A stretch of DNA of 64,000 nucleotides from Candidatus Latescibacterota bacterium. Its GTDB lineage: Bacteria > Latescibacterota > UBA2968 > UBA8231. The DNA lies in contig CBDBIJ010000022.1 in assembly GCA_965205655.1 (NCBI GenBank), forward strand, positions 113,546-177,545. Direction: 5' to 3'. The notes under the pieces are model-generated. The model was not told the origin of the DNA, searched no databases, and worked only from the letters and a program-made list of their open reading frames with translations. The translations under genes and the position numbers were made by a program. Below, piece after piece: positions 1-9,370 of this stretch; the stretch's first letter is position 1, and every line of letters starts with the position of its first letter.

Positions 1-143
1 AGGAAGCCCTGCACCTCTGTCTTCTCGCGCCGCGCCGCTGCGAGCAGTTCGGTGCCCGTTGCCAGCTGAAAGTGCTCGCGAAGGGTCAGCTGCGGCGAAA
101 AAGTGTTTGTCTCCTGCAGCAGTGAGCCTACGGCTACGCGCAC
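1..143 (-). CDS. M81/MlrC-family metallopeptidase, N-terminal part (runs off the window start)
   Basis: Hand translation from GTG at 143 gives MRVAVGSLLQETNTFSPQLT..., matching the MlrC-type N-terminal xETNTFSP motif. Not in the ORF track. Confidence 0.75.
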   Translation of the reverse strand, partial: MRVAVGSLLQETNTFSPQLTLREHFQLATGTELLAAARREKTEVQGF

Positions 144-257
144 GGTTCACCGCCCGTGACAATTGCCATCTCGTCGTTTAGACTCCCCATTTATCACTCC
201 CATCTCCCACCCAGGTCAGTCCGCTCAAGGCTCAGCCAGGGTTTATATGAGGTTCAT

Positions 258-1373
258 ATGAAGATCGAGAATATCAGGACATTCCTCGTCGACCGCTGCC
301 TGCTCGTCCGCGTCTACACCGACGCCGGTCTCACCGGCAACGGCGAGGCGGGCCTTTGGGCTCACCACCGCATAGTCGAGACGGCCATCGACGAGCTCAG
401 CAGCTACTTCGTCGGCAAGGATCCGCTTCGGATCGAGCACCACTATCAGGTCGTCTCACGCCAGTCCCACTTCACCGGCGCGGCCCTCAGCGCCGCCCTC
501 AGCGCCATCGACATCGCGCTCTGGGACATCCTCGGAAAATCCGTCGGTCTGCCCGTCTACCAGCTCCTGGGCGGAAAGTGCCGCGACAAAATCAAAGTCT
601 TTGCCGACATCGGCGGTGACTCCCTCGATACCGTAGCGGCCTCGGCAAAGCGGGCAGTCGCCGACGGCCACACCTCAATGCGCCTGGGCCCATTCGGTCC
701 CGATTTCGAGAAACGGGAATCGGCTGCCGTCATTTCCAATGTCGTCGATATGGTCGCTACCGCTCGGGAAGCCGTCGGTGCCGACATCGACCTGGGCGTG
801 GAGATTCACCGCAATCTCACGCCGGATGAAGCGATCACTCTCGCGGGCGAATTGAGACCCTACCGCCTCAAGTTCTACGAGGATCCGATCGTTCCCGAAA
901 GCGTCGAGGCCCTCGAGTATGTCGCCCGTCATATCGACATACCGCTGGCGGTCGGCGAGCGCAGCTTCGACATCTACCAATTCAAGGAGCTCGTCGACAG
1001 AAAAGTCTGCAGCTTCATCCGTCCGGATCTGTCGCTCGCCGGAGGCTTTACTCAAGTCAAGAAGATCGCCGCGATCGCCGAGCCCGCGCTCGTGCAGCTC
1101 TTCCCTCACCTCATGGGCAGCGCCGTCAACGGCGCGGCGTTTGCCCACCTGGCGGCCGCGATTCCCAACTACGCCTTCATGGAGTCACAGCGCCGGGCTG
1201 GAATTCCCCCATCGATCGTCGACGAACCCTTCGTCGAAAAGGACGGCTACCGCGAAGTTCCCGATCGGCCCGGCATCGGCGTTGAAATCGATGAGGCGGC
1301 GTGTGCCGAGTTTCCTTATCGAGGCGTAGCGATCACCGGCTCCTTCCACGCCGATGGGTCAGTCGCTCATTAA
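258..1373 (+). CDS. Mandelate racemase/muconate lactonizing enzyme family (galactonate dehydratase-like)
   Basis: Motifs SAIDIALWDILGK, PVYQLLGG, VEIH, YEDP, GER; ATG at 258 follows a GAGG SD. Confidence 0.88.
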   Translation: MKIENIRTFLVDRCLLVRVYTDAGLTGNGEAGLWAHHRIVETAIDELSSYFVGKDPLRIEHHYQVVSRQSHFTGAALSAALSAIDIALWDILGKSVGLPVYQLLGGKCRDKIKVFADIGGDSLDTVAASAKRAVADGHTSMRLGPFGPDFEKRESAAVISNVVDMVATAREAVGADIDLGVEIHRNLTPDEAITLAGELRPYRLKFYEDPIVPESVEALEYVARHIDIPLAVGERSFDIYQFKELVDRKVCSFIRPDLSLAGGFTQVKKIAAIAEPALVQLFPHLMGSAVNGAAFAHLAAAIPNYAFMESQRRAGIPPSIVDEPFVEKDGYREVPDRPGIGVEIDEAACAEFPYRGVAITGSFHADGSVAH

Positions 1374-2431
1374 ATCGGCACGTCTCGTCGGATTTTCAGA
1401 TGATCTGTGCTGTGACGAAGAGATCCGCGTTGATTTGTACCGGCATCGCGCTTCTCGTTTTGCCGGCGAATTCGGAGACGACGTCCGGCCTCGAGGAGCT
1501 GCTGCGCTTCGAAGGTAGGGTAATCGCCGAGGTCCGGCTGGACGGCAACCGCGTCACTCGAGAGTATGTCATACGGCGGGAGCTGGCGTCGACGGTCGGC
1601 GCGCCGCTGCGGCTGTCCACGATCGAAGCGGACCTGCAGCGCTTGCACAACCTCGACATCTTCAGCTCGATCCACGTCGAGGCCGCGCAGAGCGACGATG
1701 GTGTGTCGCTGACGATTCGCGTCCGCGAAATCCCCTACGCCGTTCCCTACATCAGCTACGATGTGACGGACGAGGACGGCTGGTCTTTCGGTCCCGCGGT
1801 GAAGTCGGTCAATATGATGGGGCACGATGTTTTCGTTGCCGGCTATGCCTTGTTTGGTGCGACCACCACCTACCTGCTCGATCTCACGGCCCCCTGGATC
1901 ATCGGCAATCACATCTCTTTCGAGCTCGACCTGAGTCTCATCGAGCGCGACAATGTGCTCGACGGCTTCGGCGAGGCGGCTTTCGAATTCTCACCGCGTA
2001 TTGGCACCTACATCGGCCAGGCGGCCAGAGCCTCCGTCGTCGTTTCGAATCTGCACATCAAGAGCGACAGACCGGGTCATACCCTTTCCTCCACGAATCG
2101 AGACCGGTTGGTGCAGCTTGGCGTTGCGTTGGGATATGACACCCGCGATTCGTGGGGCGACCCCCACCGAGGCTGGCTCAACGAAATCGAAGTGATAAAG
2201 ACAGGGGGGGCGCTGCCGGGCGAGGCCGACTACTGGACCACCCACACCGATATAAGGCGCTTCCGTCCGATCGGCGACCGGACCCTCGTCCTCGCCGGCT
2301 TGTTGTCGCTGCAGACGGGCAACGTGGGGTCGACCTTGCCCGAATACATGGACTACCACCTCGGGGGGGCCAACTCCATTCGCGGCTACGAGGTGGACGG
2401 GATCGGCAAGAGTCTGAAGGGCCGCAATCAG

Positions 2432-3982
2432 CCTTGATTCGGCATTAACTCGGTGAAATTTTGGCTGTTCAGTGCGCGCCATTCGGCGGTGAATTTGAGA
2501 ATCTCCCATAGCAAAAAGGCCTTTCGTTCCGGTTATTCGGAAGTGGCGATACTCCCTTTTCACCAAAAACGAAAGGCCACGTACCGTGAGACGAAAGAAA
2601 GCGGATTTGAGGACGCGCGTCAACCACAATTTGGCCGTCGAATTCACCGCCGAAGGCCTCACTTCGTATGCCGGTTTGGAGCTGTTGATCCGGTATTTGC
2701 GCGGCATCGGATGGAACCGTCAATTGCGTCGGCACCTGTCTGCCGTCGTTCCGGGCAGTGATTTCGGCATGGTAGGTCTGTGTCGGGTGCTCCTCGGTCT
2801 GCTGGTGGTGGGTGGCCGTCGACTGCGACATCTGGGCTTCTTGCAAGGAGATCCTTTGCTGCAGCGGTTTTGCGGTCTGAAAGACCTGCCCACCGACGGC
2901 AGTGTCAGCCGCTGGCTCAAACGCTTCACGGTGGGCGCCGAAGAGGCGTTGAAAACGCTCAACGCCGATGTCGTCGCCGGGGTGATCGGTCTGTTGAAGG
3001 CCCGCACACTGAGCATCGACATCGATGGCACGGTGCTGTGCACCGGCCACAAGGTCGGCGGTGCCTGCCGTGGGTACAACCCGCATCATCGCAAGGTCCC
3101 CAGTTACTATCCCATCACCGCTTACCTGGCCGACAGCGGTCATTTTCTCCGGCTCCACAACCGTCCGGGCAACGTCAACGATGGCGCTTCCTCCATCCCA
3201 TTTCTACAGGCGGTGTTCGAGCAAATCGAACAGACCCTGGGGCGCTCATACCGGCTGCGATTTCGCATGGACGGCGCCTTTTTCAGAGAGGATGTGATGG
3301 CGACGCTGGATGTTCATCGCGCCCAGTATGCCATCAAGGTGCCGTTCTGGCGCTGCCTGGACCTGCAAACCCAGATCCGCCAACGTCGTCGTTGGCAGCG
3401 CGTCGAAGACGGCATCGACGGCTTCTTTTCTTCGGTCAAGGTCGGCAAGTGGAAACGCACCCTTAACGTGGTCATCTTTCGCAAGCGGGTGATGCATCCC
3501 ACGCGCAAGAATTACCAGTTGGACCTGTTCGAGCCGGATAACGGCACCTGGGAATACTCCGCGCTGGCCACCAACCTACCTTTCGATGCAAAATCGCTCT
3601 GGCGCTTCATGGGTGGTCGCGGCCTACACGAAAAAGCCATCGGCGAACTCAAGACGGGGCTGGCCTTCGACGCCATTCCCACGGATGACTACCGGGCCAA
3701 CAGCGTCTGGCAACAATTTGTCGTGCTGGCGCACAATCTCCTAGCCAATTTCCAGATCGAATCCGGGCTAATAAAGCGCCACCGAACCAGGAAGAATACC
3801 GCCCGCTGGGCCCTGAAATCCGTGCGCACGCTACGTTTCGAGCTGTTCAACCGCGCCGGACACTTGATGCACCCGGAAGGACGAGCCACTTTGCGTCTGC
3901 AACGCAACAAGAAGGCCGAAAAACAGTTCCGAAAAATCAGCGCAGCTCTACGAAAAGTCGCCTGATTTTTGCCGAATCAAGG
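2432..3982 (+). mobile_element. IS1380-family insertion sequence, 1551 bp
   Basis: 13-bp perfect terminal IR CCTTGATTCGGCA (2432-2444 / 3970-3982); 4-bp target duplication TCAG (2428-2431, 3983-3986). Confidence 0.93.
2586..3965 (+). CDS. IS1380-family DDE transposase
   Basis: LTSYAGL, IDIDGT, YNPHH, RMDGAF, GRGLHEKAIGELK motifs; intact ORF ending just inside the right IR. Confidence 0.92.
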   Translation: MRRKKADLRTRVNHNLAVEFTAEGLTSYAGLELLIRYLRGIGWNRQLRRHLSAVVPGSDFGMVGLCRVLLGLLVVGGRRLRHLGFLQGDPLLQRFCGLKDLPTDGSVSRWLKRFTVGAEEALKTLNADVVAGVIGLLKARTLSIDIDGTVLCTGHKVGGACRGYNPHHRKVPSYYPITAYLADSGHFLRLHNRPGNVNDGASSIPFLQAVFEQIEQTLGRSYRLRFRMDGAFFREDVMATLDVHRAQYAIKVPFWRCLDLQTQIRQRRRWQRVEDGIDGFFSSVKVGKWKRTLNVVIFRKRVMHPTRKNYQLDLFEPDNGTWEYSALATNLPFDAKSLWRFMGGRGLHEKAIGELKTGLAFDAIPTDDYRANSVWQQFVVLAHNLLANFQIESGLIKRHRTRKNTARWALKSVRTLRFELFNRAGHLMHPEGRATLRLQRNKKAEKQFRKISAALRKVA

Positions 3983-4314
3983 TCAGTTGTTGCTTACAAC
4001 CGAGTACCGCGGGCTGCTGCTATCACCAAAGCAGTACGTCATCTTCGGGCTCCCCGGGGATCTCGGCCTCGCCTGGGCACTCTTCGCCGACAGCGGCATT
4101 GCCTGGAATGATGCGAGCGAGTTTGGGTTCGGGAGACTTCAGACCGGTATCGGGGCGGGAATCCGCCTGCTCATGCCGGCGGTAGACATGGCCAGGTTCG
4201 ATATCGCTTTCGCTGAAGACGGCAACTGGCGCTTCCACTTCGCCATGTACTCCAAGATGGAAGCGCAGAGATTCAGACGTCGCTGATGGGAGTGCTTCCG
4301 CCACTCGTCGGGAT

Positions 4315-5085
4315 TTACCACGCCGTCCATCCGCCATCCACCAGCATCGTGTGGCCGGTTATCAGATCGGCCGCCTCGCTGGCCAGAAAGACGGCGGCGC
4401 CCACGACATCCTCCGCCTTTCCGGGCCGTTGCACCGGTTGGCGGCGCCTCATCTCCTCCCGTTTCTCCGGGTCGTCGAAGTACGCCTGCGTTAGCGGCGT
4501 TACCAGAAAGGTCGGACCGATGGCGTTCACGTTGATCTTGTGCGGCGCCCACTCGATCGCCAAGACCTTGGTGAGGTTGACGACTCCCGCCTTGCTCGAG
4601 CAGTAGGCAGCTCGCTGGTAGTAGCCCACCACACCCATGATGCTCGCCATGTTGACGATCTTCCCCCCGCCGGCATCCCGCATCTCTCGAGCCACTCGTT
4701 GGGATAGAAAGAACAGCCCTTTCAGGTTGATGCCGAGGATGAAGTCCCAGTCCTCCTCGGTCACGTCGAAGGCGTCCTTCGCGCGATTGACTCCCGCGTT
4801 GTTCACCAGGATGTCGATCCTGCCCATCTCTTTCATGGCGGTTTCCACGAGGCTATCGATGCTGCCCATCTCCTGCACCTGCAGCGGCAGCGGCAACGCC
4901 TTTCGTCCGCACGCCCTCGCCTCTTCGCAGATCGGCTCCAGGTCGCCGAGCTTCTCTGGCAGCTCGCAGATGACGCAGTCGGCCCCGGAGTCGGCGTATG
5001 CCCGCGCTACCGCACTGCCGATCCCTCCCGCAGCTCCCGTGATCAGGGCGACCTTGCCGTCGAGCCTCATGTTTGGAGCGGCCAT
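4315..5085 (-). CDS. SDR oxidoreductase (gluconate 5-/2-deoxygluconate 3-dehydrogenase-like)
   Basis: TGAAGGIG, NNAG, YCSSK, VNAIGP, DGGWTA. Confidence 0.88.
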   Translation of the reverse strand: MAAPNMRLDGKVALITGAAGGIGSAVARAYADSGADCVICELPEKLGDLEPICEEARACGRKALPLPLQVQEMGSIDSLVETAMKEMGRIDILVNNAGVNRAKDAFDVTEEDWDFILGINLKGLFFLSQRVAREMRDAGGGKIVNMASIMGVVGYYQRAAYCSSKAGVVNLTKVLAIEWAPHKINVNAIGPTFLVTPLTQAYFDDPEKREEMRRRQPVQRPGKAEDVVGAAVFLASEAADLITGHTMLVDGGWTAW

Positions 5086-5099
5086 CTGTCTGAACCTCT

Positions 5100-5954
5100 T
5101 CAACCACCGAAAGCGGCTTCGATCTCGTCCGCCGTCAGCGTTACATACTCGTTTTGACTCAGCTCTTCATCGAACTGTTGCGATGTCATCACATCATAAC
5201 CCACCCTCTCGGGAAACATCCACGTCGTCGTCGTCGGTTTGATGATCGCCTCCGCGTCGTACCTCCAGCCGATGTCGAACACTTTTTCTGGCTCTCTGCC
5301 CATGAACACGACCTTACCGGTGTACTCACCGTGCATGAGAAAGACGTTGGGACAGAAGTAATCGATCTGCCACCCCTTTTCGTTCAGTGCCTCCATTCCG
5401 GCGCGTCCGATGTCGTCGGGATGCACGCTCGTCTCGACGTTGATGTGCAGGGGCGGCACGTCGTCCCTCTGGATGATCTCCAGGCCTTCTTGCCAGTGCT
5501 CGCCGCGGAAGTATCGACTCAGCGCATCCTCCTCGTCGGCTCCAGCCGTTCGAAACGGGAAGCCCCGGTAGAACGCATCGATGTAGTGGCGATTCCACAG
5601 CAGAAGATTCGAATCCCGTTCCACGCCGTGGGCGGGCCCCAGCCCGGCGTCCTTCTTGTAGATCCAGTGGATGTCGAAGTGGACGAGGCCCTCAGGTTCG
5701 ATGCCGTGCAGCGCCATGATTCCGGGGCACGGCCGGATCTTGTTGATCCGGCGCAACAGTGGCCAGCCGTGCTCCGCGAAGTAGCGCCGCACGATTTCCT
5801 CCAGCGACGCCGGGTGAACGCACGTGTGCACGTAGCTGTGTACGTGCGCTGTTTTCGGATGGTCATCCTGGATGTAGGAGATCAGGCGACGCCAGTGATC
5901 GGACGTCGCCAGGTATGCGGCGATCTCCTCCGAGAGATTGAGGTTGCCAGTCAC
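5100..5954 (-). CDS. Hypothetical protein with an internal tandem domain duplication, His-rich
   Basis: GTG start overlaps the upstream TGA (GTGA). Both halves share HW, IQxD, VxTxVHP, GW, EPE and FDIxWxY. Confidence 0.8.
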   Translation of the reverse strand: MTGNLNLSEEIAAYLATSDHWRRLISYIQDDHPKTAHVHSYVHTCVHPASLEEIVRRYFAEHGWPLLRRINKIRPCPGIMALHGIEPEGLVHFDIHWIYKKDAGLGPAHGVERDSNLLLWNRHYIDAFYRGFPFRTAGADEEDALSRYFRGEHWQEGLEIIQRDDVPPLHINVETSVHPDDIGRAGMEALNEKGWQIDYFCPNVFLMHGEYTGKVVFMGREPEKVFDIGWRYDAEAIIKPTTTTWMFPERVGYDVMTSQQFDEELSQNEYVTLTADEIEAAFGG

Positions 5955-6736
5955 TGTGTCACCCACCCGGCCGAGACATTGATCGCTTGACCGGTAATCG
6001 CCTTCGCCTTGTCAGAGCTGAGAAACAGCACGCTGTCGGCGATCTCCCGCGGATCGAGCAGCCTCTTCTGCGGAATCTCTGGAAGAAAGACGGTGTCCAG
6101 GACTTCCTCGCGAGTGATACCGTGTGATTCGGCGAGGTTGTCCAGTTGGTTTTCGACGAGCTTCGTCTTCGTGACTCCGGGACAGATGGCGTTGACGGTG
6201 ATGCCGAGTTCGGCCACATCCATGGCGCACGACCTGGTCAGGCCGATGACTCCGTGTTTCGCCGCCGTGTAGGCCGGTTTGTACTTCCCTCCGATCCGCC
6301 CGTAGACCGACGAGATATTGATGATTCGACCCTGGCGGCGGGGAATCATGGAGCGCAATGCCACCTGTGTACACAGAAACGTGCCGGTCAGAATCACATT
6401 GATGAGCTTGTTCCATTCGGACACGGGGTAGTCGACCGCGGGTGTGACGTACTGTACCCCGGCGTTGTTCACCAGCACGTCGATCTTTCCGAAGGCCTCC
6501 AGTACCTTCCCGCCCATCGCCCCGACGCTGTCAGGATCCCCTACGTCCGTCGGGATGCCTAAAGCAGTTTCCCCTTTGTCGGCAATCTCACCGGCCACCC
6601 GCTGCGCCGCATCGCCGTCGACCTCCGCGATCGCCACGCTCGCTCCTTCACCGGCCAGAGCGTGAGCGATTGCGCGCCCTATCCCGTCGCCGCCGCCGGT
6701 GACAATAGCTCCCTTTTTATTGTCGCTGTGTGCCAC
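5951..6736 (-). CDS. SDR, 3-hydroxybutyrate dehydrogenase-like
   Basis: NNAGVQYV, YTAAKHG, ICPG, LVENQL, all typical of the BDH subfamily. Confidence 0.8.
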   Translation of the reverse strand: MAHSDNKKGAIVTGGGDGIGRAIAHALAGEGASVAIAEVDGDAAQRVAGEIADKGETALGIPTDVGDPDSVGAMGGKVLEAFGKIDVLVNNAGVQYVTPAVDYPVSEWNKLINVILTGTFLCTQVALRSMIPRRQGRIINISSVYGRIGGKYKPAYTAAKHGVIGLTRSCAMDVAELGITVNAICPGVTKTKLVENQLDNLAESHGITREEVLDTVFLPEIPQKRLLDPREIADSVLFLSSDKAKAITGQAINVSAGWVTQ

Positions 6737-6901
6737 GCCTCAGAAATTCGTCTCCATGCACCTGATTTTCTCGCGTGTCCCGTATGACCCCTACATAACC
6801 GCTTATCGCCGCTCCTATCAAGAGCCGGCGGCGGCGAGCTCTCCAAGGGGCGGCAACAATCGCTTATGTTATCCACTTCCATGAGGGAGTCTTGAAACAA
6901 T

Positions 6902-8327
6902 ATGGCCTCGAGCGATTCTTCTCAGACCGCAGCAGCAGCACTGGCATCCTTCTGCACCACCATTCGTTGGGACGAGTTGCCGGCAGATGTGCGCGACCGC
7001 ACGGTGGAATTTTTTTTTGCTCGACCACCTGGGCGTGACTCTGCGCGGCAGTGCCGAAGCTTCCAGCGGGCCGGCGTACGACTTCGTTCAGGGCATGCAG
7101 TCCGACGGTTCCGCCACGGTGATCGGTGCCGGTTTCAGCAGCGCCGCCGCCTGGGCCGCCATGGCGAACGGCATCGCCGCCCATGCTATCGAGATGGATG
7201 ATGTGACGAATGAATCGTCCCTCCACCCCGCTGTCGCCGTCATGCCCGCCGCCCTCGCCGTTGCCGAGGAGCAGGGCTCGAGCGCCCCGGACTTGCTCGG
7301 CGCCATTGTCGCGGGGTACGAAGTCGTGCTACGGGTGGGAAATGCGTTGAATCCGCCCTCCACCTATCGGCGTGGCTTTCATCCAACCGGTGTGGCCGGA
7401 GCCTTTGGCGCCGCCACGGCCGCCGGCTGCCTGCTCGGTCTCTCGGCCGACACCCTCACCTATGCTCTTGGAATCACGGGCGCGATGGCGTCCGGCTCGA
7501 TGGAGTACCTCACCGACGGCGCCTGGACGAAGCGGCTCAACGCCGGCTGGGCCGCCCACGCCGGTGTCGTCGCCGCCAATCTCGCCCGCGCCGGGTTCAA
7601 CGGTCCGCCCACCGTCTTCGAGGGGCCCTTCGGTCTGCTTCGGGGGTATACGGATGAGCCGCACACCCAGCGCCTGGTGGCGGATCTCGGAAAGCCCTTT
7701 CAGATCTCCACGACGTGCATAAAACCCTACGGGTGCTGCCGCTACATTCACGGCCTCATCGACTGTATGTTCGCACTCAGGAAAGAGCACGACATCACGC
7801 CCGACCAGGTCGAGAAAATCCGGTTGACCGTCCTGGAGGCGGGGCTCAGCCTCGTGGCCGAGCCGAGCGAGCAGAAGCGGGCCCCGCAGAATATCGTCGA
7901 CGCCCAGTTCAGCGCGCAGTTCTCCTGTGCGCTCGCTCTTGCGCACGGCGCCGCCGGCGTCAACCAGTTCACTCAGGAGAATATCGACGACGCTGCGCTG
8001 CGCGACTTGACGTCACGGGTCGAGTGCTACGACGACCCGGCCTTCGACAGGCTCTATCCCATGCAGTGGCCGGCGGCTGCCGAGATCGTGCTGCGTGACG
8101 GGCGCAAGATGGCGACGCAGATCGACCACCCCACCGGCGATCCGCGAAACCCGGTGCCGCGCGACGGGCTGGTTGAAAAATTCGCGATGTTGACCGATGG
8201 GCGCCTTACCTCGGATGAGGCTGATGATCTTGCCCAAAAGATTCTGAACCTCGATAGCGAACCGGGAATCGATGGCATCATGAGCGCCATCACGGGCAGG
8301 GAGCCCGCAGCAGCTGGCGCTCTGTAG
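6902..8327 (+). CDS. MmgE/PrpD family protein, frameshifted at a T9 run (7010-7018)
   Basis: N-terminus in ORF 6902, body in ORF 6987; AHAIEMDD, GFHPTG, KPYGCCRYIH, DAQFS. Confidence 0.85.
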
Positions 8328-8386
8328 CTGCGACCTGCGAAGCCGACTGGCGCGATCGGTCGCGGACGAATCTGAACCGCACGGGT

Positions 8387-9370
8387 TCAGGACACCAACG
8401 GGAATCCCTTTGCGTATGCCGACGATTCGTCCAGCGCTCGGCGAACCGAATCTGCTAACTCAAGACCTACCGCACCGAGGGCATCGTCGAGGTGCTCGAT
8501 GGTGTCGCTTCCGGAGATGGCGACGGTGATTTCCGGGTGTGACATGACCCAGGCTATGGCCAGCTGCGCCGGCGTCCTGTCAATTTCTGCCGCCAGCCTG
8601 GTGAGCGTGGTCACGATCTGACCTGCCGGCCCTTCCATTGTCTCCTCGTATTTGCTCTTCCTTTTGGTCGCCCATAGACTGCCCGCTGGCGCCGAAGACC
8701 CCGGCGCGTACGCTCCGCTCAGCAATCCGATACCAAGGGGACCATAGGCCATCACTCCAAGTCCCTGATCCCGCACCAGGTCGAACATCTCGTTCTCGAG
8801 CCGCCGGTTAAGAAGACTGTAGTTGCTTTGCAGACAGATGAAAGGTGACGCATTGACGCTGCTCGCCACCCACAAGGACTTGCACACCTGCCACGCCGCG
8901 AAGTTGCAGCAGCCGACGTAGCGTACCTTGCCGCTTCGTGTCAGGTCGTCGAAGGCTCTGATGCTCTCCTCGAGTGGCGTCGACTCGTCGAAGGAGTGCG
9001 CCAGGTAGACGTCGATATAATCCGTCTGAAGGCGCTGCAGTGAACGTTCCGCTTCACGAACGATGGCGTACCTGGACAACCCCCGGTCGTTCGGTCCTGT
9101 CCCCAGAGGGCTCGCCACTTTCGATGTTATTACAACCTGCTCCCGCCGTCCCTTCAGCACCCTGCCCAGGACTTTCTCGGACACACCCGCGTTAGCGCGA
9201 TCGTCCATCGTTCCGTAGACGTTGGCGCAGTCGATCAGGTTGACGCCCTGGGAGAGGGCATGTTCGATCAGCCGTTCAGCGTCCGCTTCCCGGCTCTGCC
9301 CGCGCAAGCCGAGGCCGAGGGCCAGGGGGCTGACCTTGAGGCCGGCGGAGCCGAAGTTGACGTAGTCCAT
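8387..9370 (-). CDS. Aldo/keto reductase
   Basis: IDCANVYG, ITSKV, SLQRLQTDYIDVY, GKVRYVG. Confidence 0.92.
   Translation of the reverse strand: MDYVNFGSAGLKVSPLALGLGLRGQSREADAERLIEHALSQGVNLIDCANVYGTMDDRANAGVSEKVLGRVLKGRREQVVITSKVASPLGTGPNDRGLSRYAIVREAERSLQRLQTDYIDVYLAHSFDESTPLEESIRAFDDLTRSGKVRYVGCCNFAAWQVCKSLWVASSVNASPFICLQSNYSLLNRRLENEMFDLVRDQGLGVMAYGPLGIGLLSGAYAPGSSAPAGSLWATKRKSKYEETMEGPAGQIVTTLTRLAAEIDRTPAQLAIAWVMSHPEITVAISGSDTIEHLDDALGAVGLELADSVRRALDESSAYAKGFPLVS

Larger units (their letters stand above)
1400..4286 (+). pseudogene. Omp85/BamA-TamA family outer-membrane protein (one POTRA plus barrel), interrupted by IS1380
   Basis: Signal-like N-terminus, POTRA (GNRVTREYVIRREL), LGGANSIRGY motif. 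Removing the IS and one TCAG copy rejoins ...KGRNQ to LLLTTEYR... in frame. Confidence 0.85.

Noticed and set aside
3969..4286. 105-aa ORF as an independent gene starting at TTG inside the IS right end
   Set aside because: It is the C-terminal remnant of the disrupted Omp85 gene and has no SD or signal peptide.
6867..6880. TTATCCACT, DnaA-box-like
   Set aside because: Single imperfect box with no cluster and no dnaA/dnaN context.
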